Shown here in pieces: positions 10,741-23,362 of a DNA stretch of 64,000 nucleotides. The notes below the pieces were generated by a model. The model was not told the origin of the DNA. It did not search any database and saw nothing but the letters and a program-made list of their open reading frames with translations. The stretch's first letter is position 1. Every line of letters starts with the position of its first letter. Position numbers and translations under genes: made by a program. Origin of the DNA: Schizochytrium sp. TIO01 (Eukaryota; Protista; Bigyra: Labyrinthulomycetes); contig SMSO01000035.1 in the NCBI GenBank assembly GCA_004764695.1, forward strand, positions 2,046,001-2,110,000, read 5' to 3'.

Positions 10741-12192
10741 ATGTGGTCCAAAGCGTGTCTCGTGGCCAGCTTAGTGGCTTTGGCGCAGGTCTTGAGGACC
10801 TCTGCTACGTCAGAGTTTATCGAGATTGAGCCAGGTACGGCACCAGGAAACAGCGCTGCTTTTCGAGAGGGGGCGGACCCTTCGGGAAGAGGTTTCTTAG
10901 ATGTCAACGTGTACATTGCACGGTCTAAGCACGATGCTGGTGAAGTGTCGGAAATTTTAGAACCGATGAAAGTCAATGATTTGATTAAGGTAGCAGTTTT
11001 TGACAGTGAAGATGATTTCATCAAGACCTATGGTGATGTTGTGGGCCCAGTTTTCGTGCAGCGTGGAGTTGAATTTCCATATGTGAATGTGACCATGGAG
11101 GCCCGCACAGAACCTAAGGTGCTTATGCGCACCTGGGTGGAGCAACGTCTGCGGACTCAGGTGGGCTGGGTGAATTACTTAGATGTTCCTCTCGAACTAT
11201 TCTGGCAGCCTCCAAATGCAGATCCGGTTGTAATGGGCATGCTTAACATTGGTGAGCGCAACACTGTATGGCGTGATACGTATGTTGGTCATGTTTTCGT
11301 GCTCCGCCATCCGAACGGGACTATGTTCTACTACAGGATCTCTACGGAGGAGTTTCACCGGCTGGGCAATTTCCCTAGTGCAGTGGGATATCGGGAGGAC
11401 CCTCCGCGTGAACTCCTGGAGATGTTGGACAGAGACGAAACTGAACGGCTATCCAAGGTCAAAGTAAACTTTACGTCAGAGGGATATAAACGAATCGCGA
11501 CTCCACCTCAGCTGTTTGGTGATATTCGTCGTTTCTACAACATCAATCGCCAGCGTGCCTACGTAGAGGACATGGAAGGCAGCATTCACATCAATACATG
11601 GGTGGTAGACTCTGAGCTTGTGCCGCCGTCATTCGCAACCAAAGATAAGTGGCACAGGTGGTTTCAGCCTGTTCTTGAAGAATGGTGTCAGTTCCAGCTC
11701 GAGGCGACTGACTTGTACGGAATTCGTACTTATCATCGGGATGCTGTCCTGCTGAACCATATCGATAGACACTCCACCCATGCTGTCTCAGCGATTATCA
11801 ATATTGAGCAGGGCGGTATTGACAAAGATTGGCCGTTGGAGATCCGCAATGTGCGTGGAGAGGTGGTTCATTCTGATCTGCAACCAGGTGAGGCTATGCT
11901 TTATGAAAGTGCAAAATGCATGCATGGTCGCCCGACTCCGCTTGAGGGAGACTATTATACTAATGTATTCTTTCACTACCGACCTGTCAACGATCCCACC
12001 TGGTTCAAGCGCGTTGTACCAGGCTCGGAAGGCCTGTACCAAGGCCCCCCTGAAATAGAAATTGACGAGAGCGATGCATATGATGATGATTACAGCGAGA
12101 TTGAAGACGACAACGAGGACGACGAGGACGTCTATAATGAAGATAAAGAAGACGAAGATGAAGATAAAGATGATGGTCATCGTGAGCTGTGA
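10741..12192 (+). CDS. ER-retained 2OG-Fe(II) dioxygenase (prolyl-4-hydroxylase-like) with a VHL-beta-like domain
   Basis: Signal peptide MWSKACLVASLVALAQVLRTSA; YGIRTY...HIDRHSTH (HxD); WPLEI; LQPGEAMLYES..CMHGRP (distal His + Arg); acidic tail ending in HREL, a KDEL/HDEL-type signal. Confidence 0.8.
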   Translation: MWSKACLVASLVALAQVLRTSATSEFIEIEPGTAPGNSAAFREGADPSGRGFLDVNVYIARSKHDAGEVSEILEPMKVNDLIKVAVFDSEDDFIKTYGDVVGPVFVQRGVEFPYVNVTMEARTEPKVLMRTWVEQRLRTQVGWVNYLDVPLELFWQPPNADPVVMGMLNIGERNTVWRDTYVGHVFVLRHPNGTMFYYRISTEEFHRLGNFPSAVGYREDPPRELLEMLDRDETERLSKVKVNFTSEGYKRIATPPQLFGDIRRFYNINRQRAYVEDMEGSIHINTWVVDSELVPPSFATKDKWHRWFQPVLEEWCQFQLEATDLYGIRTYHRDAVLLNHIDRHSTHAVSAIINIEQGGIDKDWPLEIRNVRGEVVHSDLQPGEAMLYESAKCMHGRPTPLEGDYYTNVFFHYRPVNDPTWFKRVVPGSEGLYQGPPEIEIDESDAYDDDYSEIEDDNEDDEDVYNEDKEDEDEDKDDGHREL

Positions 12193-13060
12193 GATATTCT
12201 TGTTTATAGATTATCTCAAATTTATCTACCGTGAAAATAAGTAGTAATACACAATTGTACTCTCTCTATTCTTTCACTCATTATAAACTTGTGCTCTCAT
12301 GGATATGCATTCCTGACCGGTACTAATGACATGAGTAGTAAGACATCATGATACTAGGTACTCTGGCGCAGAGTTCTTCAGTCTGCAAAAAATCAAGATA
12401 AGATAAATATCTTAAAATCTAACTGAGAACAAATTTGTCTTAAATTGTTATTGTTTGAAGTTAGTTCGCCTCTTTTTGTCCTTCTGCAGGTCAGCGTTTG
12501 GAAAATCTAGATTGACGATAGTATATTCTGTGGAGAGAGGGAGGGAACAATTCTCAGAACGAGGAATAAGACATGAAGGATATGCTGTATATTTTTTGTT
12601 TTTGGAAGAAAAAAAGAAGTAATTCATGCACAGTAGAGGCAGACAACGCATACAAACCTGAATGGAAAACGTTGCACATATGGTCGTTCTGCAGAATGTG
12701 TGTAAAAAATGCCACAAAAGAGGATTTATTTTTGCATGCAAAGTATGTGTATGAGTGTGTAAATTTTGCTTTTGGTTCCAGTGATCCTCTTTTGATATTT
12801 GATTATTATCCGCTGCATCTGTCACGTAGACAAATCATCACAGATTGGTAACAATGCAGTCAAAAAGGAAAACAAAACGAGAACGAAAAAATGGAGGGTA
12901 CGGAATGTGGGGAAAGGTAGAGATATGGGAAAGGGCTTGAGAGTTGTAAGAGAAATGAGATGCGCGCACGGGACCACCTGCATCATGACCGTTCAGTCAA
13001 ACTGAGGACCTTTGAAAGTTTATGTGTATGTGAATGCTGTGGTATCCCTGATTCGATCAC

Positions 13061-14512
13061 TTAGGCGCGAGCCTTCAACACATAGAACGAGTCACGCGGG
13101 TAGAGAGTGGGCAAGTAGATAATCTCCTCGCCACCCGGGGTATCAATTCGCTCAGTATCGTAGTAGTGGACGAGGGTGGCCATGAAGAGGGCAACGGTGT
13201 TGCTAGCATAAAAACGACCAGGGCACATGTGGGCACCACTGCCGAAGCACATGATCTTCTTGAAAGAAGGGTCAAGCATGTTGTTGGGGTCCGGGTCGAA
13301 GCGCTCAGAGCCCTCAATGTTGTACTTAGATCCAGTAATGGAAGGGAACATCATGACACCAGAGGGGATCTCGTGCTCACCAAGCATGGTGTCCTTGCGG
13401 CTGACGTAGGGGACCATAGGAACAGGGGGCTTGTACTGAAGCTGGTTGATGGCAGCAGCGCGGAGAATAGGGAGCTTGTTGGCATTGTAAGCACGGGGCA
13501 TGGCAATAGAGAAGTCTTCGTCCTTCTCAACAACAGCGTCTAACTCAGCACGGAGCTTCTCTACAACTTCAGGGTGCTTAGCCATGGAGTGAAGGACCCA
13601 GCAAAGAGCAGAGGTAGTGGCATCCTGAGCAGCAAAGCAGAAATCAAGACCGGCATGGGCAATATCAGCAGGCTTGCTGCCATAGCCCTTAATGTCGTTC
13701 TTGAGGCAAGCCTGAGTGATACGGTCAAGTACGCAGATGGGCTCCTCGTTGTTCTTCATGCGGCGGAAGCAGTCTTCGGCGACGCGGTGAAGCACCTTCA
13801 TGATACGCTGGCTGGCAGCCTTGGCCATGCCGAGCTGAGTGAAGGGAAGGTCAATCGGCATAACAATGAAGCCGTTGGTGACAACAATGAGGTCCTCTGC
13901 GATCCAGTCGGCCTCACCCTTCTGAAGGTATCCACCAATGAAGACGTTGAGGGAAAGGTGAGCGTTCATGAGGCGAAGGTCAAAACGAACATCGTTCTTG
14001 GCCTGCTCAGCAGGGGAGCGGGCAGCGATCTTCTGGAGGACCTCAAAGCAGCCGTTGGCAGCAGTGTAAGCGGCACCATGAAGAACATCAGCCTTCTTAA
14101 GGTTGGGGACCATGACACGACGCCACTTAGCGAGCTCCTCAATGGAAATGTACACGAGGTTGTCCTTGCCAAGAAGCTTCTCAGAACTGGGGTGGACAAG
14201 GAGCTTAAAGTTCTCGGAGTCCTCAAAGATCTTCTTCGTCCACTGCGGGTTGGTAACGAAGTAAGCCTGCATGGTGAGGACCTTGAAGGCGGAGATGCCG
14301 TTCGGTGCAAGCTTGCGGAGGTTCTCCCAGAAGCCAGTTGGGTTGGCAATCACGGTGAAGATATCACCAAAGAGGGGAAGGGTGAACCAGTTGGAGGCAG
14401 CCTTTGCCTTCAAACGCTTGAAGTGGTAGCGAATCACATCAAGGGCCATAAGGATAATGACGACGGCCGCAAACTTGCGAAACATCGAGCGAGACTTGGA
14501 CACGACAGCCAT
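13061..14512 (-). CDS. CYP710: Cytochrome P450, CYP710/CYP61(ERG5)-like sterol C-22 desaturase
   Basis: ATG at 14512 followed by an N-terminal membrane anchor; I-helix DFCFAAQDATTS (CYP710/61 signature is FLFAxQDAxTS); PPVPMVPY; heme motif FGSGAHMCPG; strongly biased codon usage. Confidence 0.85.
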   Translation of the reverse strand: MAVVSKSRSMFRKFAAVVIILMALDVIRYHFKRLKAKAASNWFTLPLFGDIFTVIANPTGFWENLRKLAPNGISAFKVLTMQAYFVTNPQWTKKIFEDSENFKLLVHPSSEKLLGKDNLVYISIEELAKWRRVMVPNLKKADVLHGAAYTAANGCFEVLQKIAARSPAEQAKNDVRFDLRLMNAHLSLNVFIGGYLQKGEADWIAEDLIVVTNGFIVMPIDLPFTQLGMAKAASQRIMKVLHRVAEDCFRRMKNNEEPICVLDRITQACLKNDIKGYGSKPADIAHAGLDFCFAAQDATTSALCWVLHSMAKHPEVVEKLRAELDAVVEKDEDFSIAMPRAYNANKLPILRAAAINQLQYKPPVPMVPYVSRKDTMLGEHEIPSGVMMFPSITGSKYNIEGSERFDPDPNNMLDPSFKKIMCFGSGAHMCPGRFYASNTVALFMATLVHYYDTERIDTPGGEEIIYLPTLYPRDSFYVLKARA

Positions 14513-16567
14513 TTTGCTTGATTTGTTTGTTCTAGAAATAGCGAAACAACAAAAAAGAGTATCTACTACACACAAGGAGCACGTGTAAACACACGAACGT
14601 ACTCGCTAGCTAGTGCAAGAAATGTGATGAGTTTAGGAAAAGAGCAGAGTCTTTTCTTGAGTGAGGCTGTATCATGAAGCATTTAGCGAGAGCAAGAAAA
14701 AGAAATACATTTGCCATGAAGTCAAACATCCACGCCAAAAGCAGAAAAAAGCAAAACAAACGTTAGTCAATCAATGTTCCCATCAAGGTTTGACACAACC
14801 AAAATAGCCTTTACACCTGCCATCTTCTCCACGTGCTTCTCATAACCATTAGTAACTTCAATCTACTCGCTTCTGCAAGGGTGATCTGGGTTTGCAATCT
14901 TTCTTTTGTAGGGTCTCTAAAACTCGGATTGGATGCCTCAACAATTTGCAAATTGTGAGTAAGTCGATACCTCATCTCATTATGCAGTAATATTGTTATC
15001 TTGCACAATGCCAGGTATTTAAAACAAAAAAACTCCACGTGTAAGAGTTAATTCCATTGGGTGTAGCCTACCATTGTCCAGAGGGTTACAATCAAGATAG
15101 TTCATGTACATCTTGTTTACGTATTCCTCTGGGACAGCTGGCATGGTATTAGGGCACCCCTCCCTTCAAATGAAGAGAAATGAAATTTCACACACTTCAG
15201 CGCCTGCATCCACCAAAGCAGACTTAAGGAGCACCTGGCACTTGAGAAGCGGCAAACCATCGTCAAGGGCAAGGGAGCGAGAGCATCGTGATGATCTCCA
15301 AGGCTTGAGCACTCATCCTACTCTTTGCGCATAAGCATCCTATACACAATAACGAATGTATGCACCTCAGTGTTCGACAGAGACCCTCCCTCGCTTGCCC
15401 GTACTGATCATCCACAAGTCCACTGACGTGACCAGCGTCGAAGCAGCACGAAAAGACATCCAAGCAGTAGCAGCAGAAGAAGCACAACAACAAGAAAAAG
15501 CAGAAGCAGTAGACCTCAACAGTAGAAGCTGGAGAAGGGCAGGGCCTGATGGCTCAGGTGCTCGCGGATGGCGACGCTACCGGCGAGGGTGCCAGCATCT
15601 CGACCCTCTCTGGGGCCCCTTCGGAGCGAGGAGGCCACATGGTCCATTCCAGCGTCGTGATCAGCCAACAATGGCTCAAGTGGGCCGGCTAGCGCGGCGG
15701 ACGTACCTGTCGGCGAGAAGACTCGGCCGGCGGCGCGATTGGGTGATTGATTGAGTGATCGTCGCGTTGGACGACGATCTGCGATTTGCATGAACGATGG
15801 TTATTCGACCTTTTTCTCATGCAAAAGCAGGCGCACCTGTCCTTATCATTACTACCGCCGCTTCTCCCTCTCAACGGGATCCTTGAGCTCTGTCTCCTCC
15901 AAGTATCGCTTCCTAATTTGGACTGTGGGTACAAATACAAATCCGCTGCACCTCGCTCGCAGCATCGATTGTTGATCGAGGCGCAATCCTGTGTCTCACT
16001 CTTACGGAACCCGTGTATCGGTAACTACTTAAAACCTTCTAATACACCTAGTTCGGTGATAGAGTCGCGAGCGTCCTGAGGCTCGGCGCCATTTTTTTTC
16101 AATCCAAGCGCCTCCGTTTATTCCTCGGGCTGGTGCATAACTTGTATAAGTTGAATAATAGCAAGAACCAGCCTCCTCGTGCCTTCAATTTTATTCATCT
16201 CTCTGAAATAGAAAATAGAAAGAAACTTCGATGGTAAAATATTCATTGGTATTTTATTATATTATTTTTAATATATAATTTTTTATTAGCAGTGGTAGTA
16301 TTTTAATAAGAAGAAGAAAAGAAAAGAAGAAGTTAAACTTTGTAGGTGCTCTTTTTACGTTCTTACTTAGTGATGTAAGTACTTATCTGGCTACTTGGAG
16401 ATTTTCATTATAAAAACTAAAAAATAACTTTTAATTGAAAGTAAAAAAGATAAAACATTCTTTCATATGAAACGATGGCCATTGACGGTAGGTCTAATAG
16501 CAAAGTAACGATACCTTTTTCTTTCTTCTTTACTCCATAAACTATAGCGTTTCTTTCATACACACTC

Positions 16568-16650
16568 GTTCATTCATTCATTCATTCATTCATTCATTCA
16601 TTTAGTCATTCATTCTCATTCATTCGTTCATTCATTCGTTCATTCATTCA
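16568..16650. repeat. (TTCA)n microsatellite, imperfect
   Basis: Direct observation. Confidence 0.9.
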
Positions 16651-17731
16651 AAGTATTGTTGTCGTTCTCTTTAAAAATAAAACAGCCTTAGTAGCATAAG
16701 TTGGCCAAACAAAGCAGGAACGAAAGATGAAGACTGAGCGATGATACCCTTCCTGTTCGCCAATTCTTCCCTGGCTGTTGATTCGCTGGCTCATGACACC
16801 GCCTTTCTCTCCACCAGACGCGCACGAGCTCCAATCCTCGCAGCCGAGAAGCCACAAGAGCCACAGGTGTACGTCCAAGTCCTGGCTGGGTGCGCTGTTG
16901 TGCTGCTGCTGCTGCTGCTGAGCTAAGAAGTGAGCGAGTGAGTGTGCTACAGTACACAAAGAGCGCCAACAATAGAACACACTGCCGAAAGGATTTCTTC
17001 TGCTTTGGTTTAACACATATATGTATAAAGAATCATGGCCAATCCTTATCACGTTCGTTGACATGCCCGGGCAAGAAAGCAAGCAAAGTTTTCATGGTGT
17101 AGAATAGACGAAGCAAAAGAAGGCAACGATTGACGGCATCATCTGTTGTTCAATAAATTCCATTTTACGAAATGAGAATTAGGTTGAATCAATGAATGAC
17201 TCATTCATGATTGAAGGAGCTGAAAGGGGGTGAAAGGGCTCTACACAAACACAATTTAGCAACGCCTTCTTTGCGTTGAACTTGCCTTGGCAGCTGGTGT
17301 TTCATACAGTCACTCGGAACGACGAGTCAGTGGAACTCTCTCTGCCAGAGTGGCTTTTCCTCGAGGCATGCCTCGAAAGAAGCAGCAGAACTATCACTCT
17401 CGGAGTCTGAATGAACCACAGAGAATCTAAGCGATCTACTCATCAGAGTGAGTGAGATTGCTTCAATCATCAATGACAGACGAACGAGTTTTCACAGAAA
17501 CACCATAAAGTGAGCAGAACAACGTGAGAAGAAGTCGCCGGAATTCACTTCATGCAAAAAACTCAGGTCGGGGAAATCTGACCTGTCTACCGGGACTGGA
17601 CTTCACTCGCATTTGTTTCAAGAACGTCAATGTCGCCTCCTGCAGCGAGCAACCTTCGCGGCTTGCAGCAGCGAGTTTTTATAGCTCCTGCAAGTCCGAA
17701 GTTGCCAATCTTTAAAGCAGCGGCCTATTGG

Positions 17732-17859
17732 ACAAACAAACAAACAAACAAACAAACAAACAAACAAACAAACAAACAAACAAACAAACAAACAAACAAA
17801 CAAACAAACAAACAAACAAACAAACAAACAAACAAACAAACAAACAAACAAACAAACAA
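17732..17859. repeat. (AAAC)n perfect microsatellite, about 32 units
   Basis: Direct observation. Confidence 0.97.
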
Positions 17860-20229
17860 CACTCAATCAATGTCTTTCTCCTTTTTCTGCTCTATTCTTA
17901 TGCAATAGAATATAGAATATGTCCATCTTTCACCCCCTTAGGGCGCACGGTGAGAAGCAGCCCAAAACAGCTGAAAACGAACTCGGTAAAGAGTCAGAAG
18001 ACGTGCTAGCAGCTGTGAATCGTACGACTTCTTGGCCGCGATCCGCCATGGACGGCCGGTCCCTCCTCCGGCCATGTCTTGTGAGTTCTGCCCTAATTAT
18101 GATCAGCGTTGCCGAGGGACGGTCTCCTTCGAAGCGACTACTTTGATGCCTGACGGGCTGATAATATAAGCACTCTGGCAATTTATTTACTTCTTCTACA
18201 AACTTGTGCTCCTCAACTCTTAGTATTGATCCTATTGGGCTCATAGCTCCCTGGCGATGGGAAGAAAGGAAACTGGGCGCGCCGAACCTTCCGGAATAAC
18301 TTCCGCTCCTTCTTATTTAGCCGATACCCTCTGTGGCTCCATGTGCTGCTTTAGAGTCAATACGGTTATTCTCCCGAGAGCGGCGTCATCGCGACGGCGC
18401 ATGATGGCGCCATCCTCGAAAATGCGTTGTGCAAATGATTAATATACAAGGAACACAAGACTTGAAATAATGTTTTTTCCCTCTTCTATAAATATTTTTT
18501 AAAAACATATTTTAAAAGCACATCCTTCATTTCTTGTTGTTTTTGTGTATTAAAAAGCAATTTAAAATTTTAAAATTAATTAAAATAATATTAAAACAAT
18601 GAAAACTGAAAAAAAAAACATTATTACTTTTGACTTCTAACTTGAAAAACGTATGAATAGAAGCTTCCTTTTCTTCACCGGGTGGGGTGGGGTGGAGGGA
18701 ATTCTGGATGACCTTACTTTTTACAAGATGTACGGCGTGTTTGTACAGCTCAAGCGGCACTTGAATGTTGAATTAATTGGACGGGGTTCCTACTGCTAAA
18801 AGACTTGCTTGTGAAGGACCACGCAAAAATAGGCGAATTCTAGGATTTCATGACAAATATACAGACTTTATAATATTGCTCCGCATCTTTAGCTGCATTT
18901 TCATGACGAGATAACATTGCATTGCTCACAGGGGCATCAAGAATTAATTAATCATTAGAGAATAAATAGTTGATATAAATCAATTTCCGTATTCATATAT
19001 GGGGCAGCGGTTTCCGTTCTGTTTCAGTTGGCATGGAAAGTTTTGCATAGCGATTCTGGGTGGGTCGCGGTATGCGAAACCAAAAATGTTAAATTTAAAA
19101 AGTGCTAGAAACGGGCAGTTTGGCAGCTAGTGAAACGAGTGAGGCTTCGAGCCCCAGCGAGCCGTGAAATTGAACGACCAGTCATCGACTCGCTGGCCGA
19201 GAGTCGTGAAAGGAGGAAAAGCTGCCCTCGAGAGCCCATCAGGTTAATTCTACAATTGGAAAAGGTGATAGCATACCTCCCTCGAATACTTCTAGTAGTA
19301 GGGAAAAGGCGATTTCTGTGCACACCTCGCTACGAAGAGAATGCAAAACAAAATAGGTCTGTCTTTTAAAGATAAACAACATGCTACCCAGTACCATAGG
19401 TTGTTACGAGAATAGACAATTTCAAACGGGCCTACCTACTTGCAAAGGTTAATGAAGCAGTCGCACTAGATAAGCTCATCATATGGTCAAAATGCCGATG
19501 GTTGCTCTGTTGAGCGAGCATGGACAAACAACGACCGACTTCTCAAATATCGGCAGAGAACTTCGTATGTATCGTACGAGGGTTGAATGTTTTGAAAAAA
19601 AACAAAAAACAAAAAACAAAAAAACATGGCCATGCAGGTGAAGTCTTTTCCCTACTGTATAGTACATTGTGACCCTTTCCTCCGAATCCATTGGAGAGAT
19701 TTTTATTTATTTTTTTTAATTCACGACGGTGCGTGATGATCAGATTGACTAACTGACTCAACAACTGTACAACTGTAAGAACAGCGCTTAAATTTTTACA
19801 AATATATGGTTCTAAAGTCTTGATTATTTGGAAACAATTAGGACTTGTATATATCGGGTGCTTTTTGATAAAGGCTACCTACAAATTGATCTGTAGGTTG
19901 GATCAAGCTAAGGGACAAAGCCACCGTGTCTCTTTGAGAATTTGGATGAACCCTTTCAACATATTCAATGAAAAAACCAAAGAGTTGCGTTATACGTGTG
20001 TAATTCAGCCTACAGGCTTTGTCATTTGTAATATTGGCTTCGATGCAGTCGAAGGAACGAAAACAAGAAAGACTGAAGTGTAATGTCTCTAGAAATTTAG
20101 AGATTGCTATCCTCTCTCGTTTTAGATAATAAATTAGTTGACTATGAAATATGCTAATAAACACCGACCTGGGACAAAGGAGGTGGCTTAACCTTGAACC
20201 CGCTCTCACTAAGGAGTTAAATTTATTTT

Positions 20230-20800
20230 AGATCTGGCAAAAACTTAAACCATAACGATCGCTCCTTACTTTGTAATAGGTGCTTGATTCTTTCGATGAA
20301 ACTATACTAATCTAGGATTTGCAGAAGTCAGGACACTTACCACAAGCAATCAACAATCTGTTTTTCGATTATGCTTCATTTTCGGCGTATTCAATGTGAG
20401 CACGTCTCGATACAAGATTTTGCAAACTAGTCAAAGTCTAAAAGAAATGCAAGGCTTGTTTGGCCTGGTCTTTCGCTTGTTGCGGTGCTTGAATTTAATG
20501 ACAATCTGTCTTTACTTCTGAGCATAGTGATTAGAATCAGTGATAAGGTCTCCTCTCTCTTACAAATTAGTACAGCCAACTCAGAAGCTTGCAGCATGTA
20601 TAAAGTGATCCAAGTTGCGACCATTTTACTCATCGTTAACCCAGTGAGAGCTAAAAAATATTAGACAACATGCTCTACCTAACACGTATTTGGATTTGGC
20701 GTATTCTTTGCTACTTTTGGTTTGTGCTTGTAGACAACTGAGAAACATCCAATACCGCCAATAGACACTGACTGAAAATACCAATGATCATCATTGTTCC
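20230..20800 (-). pseudogene. Possible heavily decayed protein kinase remnant
   Basis: Colinear fragments across stops and frameshifts: IGGIGCFSVVYK (Gly-loop-like), AFLLDFD*FAK (DFG-like), RSDRYGLS (subdomain IX-like). Confidence 0.3.
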
Positions 20801-23362
20801 CTTCTTTCATGTCCCTACGTTTACATTCACTTATCTTACTTGAATGATGCTTCGGTGTTCTATCAGAAACAAAGAATAGATTACTGTTTGAGGACTGTTT
20901 AAACACTACATATGTGCTGTACATGATTATGTAGGAAGAAGGTAGGTAGTTACTAGCTAGATACTTCACACCAAATCCCTCCTTGTTTAGAATTAAGTAA
21001 ATTACGAGTAAATGCTGGTGGGCAATTTTTGTGGAGAGGAGGTGCTAAGGTGGTGGAACTCCACTTCGCGGCGTTGAGACGCCCTCGCCGAGCTCTAGGT
21101 AGCTACGCGTATTATAATGCCACATCATTATTCCCATTATCGCCTCTAACAATCAAGTTGTAAATTCCAATTCGTTCAAGTTCGGTCAAGTCCTTCATTC
21201 CCCCAGAAAACAAAGCCAGAAAACAAGCTGCGAAACCACCTCATACTACTACCTATTTCGATCTTGTATGTTTATGCTTTAAAGTAAAAAGTAAAGAAAC
21301 AAAAAAAAATATATAGATAAAAACAATCTAAACCATTAAAAGTTTTCAAGTATATAAAAATAACGTACTACAAACAATTTAGTATTTCTTTTTCTTTTAT
21401 TATAAGAACGAATAATCAACCATGACAACTTGAAGAGCCAACTTTATTCTTTTTCCAAAAAAGTAAATAAAGCGGGAAGTCCCTACCTATGAACCAGTCA
21501 CGATAAAGGTCGTGATGGAATCCGCAAGTGTGATCCAAAAAGCTTTCAGTGCTGTTTAAGTTCGTTTCGAGGATATATTTATATTGTCTTATTGTCTTTA
21601 CAGCATTTCGTCCATAAAATTGAAAACAACCACTGACAAAGACAACTATAAATAAACTCCATGAACAACCATGTGCAAGAAGTAGCCAAACAAGCTCAAA
21701 GCTGTCTTTTCGGGCTCGACTGCGAAGGTTTCATGCGTAGCAGCACCAACATGCAATGTGCTCTCGTGCTCATCGTTCAAGATCCGTGATTATCACTTAT
21801 GAAGCCGGATTTTACAATACATCAGCTGAGGGAGACAGGGTTTTCCATGAGAAGAAGACACGAAGCTGAGAGGCGACCTTTCTTAGATACATAATGAAGA
21901 AGGTTACATTTGCAATAATATGGTCAAAGCTTCTACAGAACTTTTTGCAATGCTGTTTGGACAGGCCCCGATCGTTTCACTTGAAGTCGCGAGCTCGTTT
22001 GCCTCGACTCGAAACTCATCTCAGCGGCATTCTGTATGAAAAGTCACCAGAATGTAATTCATCTTGCGCTTTGCCTTCAAGTTGGGTTTGCTGGTAGGCA
22101 TTCGATTTCGATTTCCTTGAGCTTAACCGAGAGCCTTTTACTGCTCCATTTATCTTAAACTTGCGAATGAAGGAGTTTGTTAATTGTAAAAGATGGTTCA
22201 GTTTCTGTGGACCTCGTTCTGACTAAGGATCGCCTAAGAGCACTCTAAGGGCTCTTAAAGGCCTCGTTTTTGTTTGCGGGCCTTTGGAGATAGACTTGAA
22301 GACAAGAGGTCCAAGCTTAAGTTCAACCTCAAGTTCGTGGTATTTGAGACCTGCGCTGGTCAAGGCCCCGCTCAAGTTCTTGGAAAAGTTCCCGACCCGC
22401 TCTCTGCTTCCTGAGCAAGAGCTTCTCAGCTTAAAGACCTCCTCGCTCAGTTCGCTTGCAAGTTTCAACAGCACCAGCACATGAAAATTGACATCCTCGC
22501 AGTCGTGCTGCTCAGCGCGAATTGTGTGGTCGTACCAGACATGTATATGCTGTCATGTTGAAGCAGACAGAATACACGGGGTCTTGCATATGGGGTCCAG
22601 GCCACACCCTTTTCTCCACAAATAATAACTTTTAGTTATTATTATTATTATTATTTTATTCGTTTATTTATTTTCATTAAGAATGTAATGAAAAGTCTAA
22701 AACAATTTGGAAAGGATCAATCAGAGTAAAAGAACAGAAGGTACCACCTCGAAAGTAGTATCGATGAGTTGACTGCTGAGGACTTCGACAGCTTCGTTGA
22801 GGAATGCAGAAACAACCGCGGTTTTTACAGGCAGGTTTTATCTGCTTGTTTTATATTTCAATATGCCCTGACGAGCTTTTGAAAAACTTCTTCGACCTAT
22901 TATACTACCACATACAAGCATAAACGTTTAAAAGTGCTCTTTCATTCTTTAGAAATGAAAAAGATTCACTACTTTTTTAATTTAAACATTTTATTAAAGG
23001 ATTAAAAAGGCCGGCCTCCCATCAAATTCGACATGCGTTTGGAGGGGAAGTAAATAAGCAAGTAATCAAGGATGCTAAAAAAGTTATTGCGCTCGATCAC
23101 TCGAAGCTCAGTATTTGCTCAACCCCTTCATCTTAAAATAGCGAAACCTGCGCCTTTGACTGTCAGCGACGCATACACGATGTAATGTAATCTAATGTAA
23201 GAAGCGCGATCTATTCCTATTACCAATCTATCTTGCAGGCAATGAATAAGTGCATTCGCTGCTGTTATTCACTCACTTTCCATGGATTCCCGTCCTTAGA
23301 GGGGTCTGTCTGTCTCTCTGTCTCTCTGTCTCTGCATCGTAAAATGTGTAGTAGTAACACAG

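Noticed and set aside
13574-14521. 315-aa plus-strand ORF antisense to the P450
   Set aside because: It is a codon-registered shadow of a strongly codon-biased gene, with no motif of its own.
15356-15754. RRAGPDGSG resembling the asparagine synthetase/GATase-II RGPD motif
   Set aside because: A single short word; no N-terminal Cys or downstream motifs in any frame.
17627-18009. ORFs with (TNKQ)n / (CLFV)n
   Set aside because: Translations of the (AAAC)n microsatellite.
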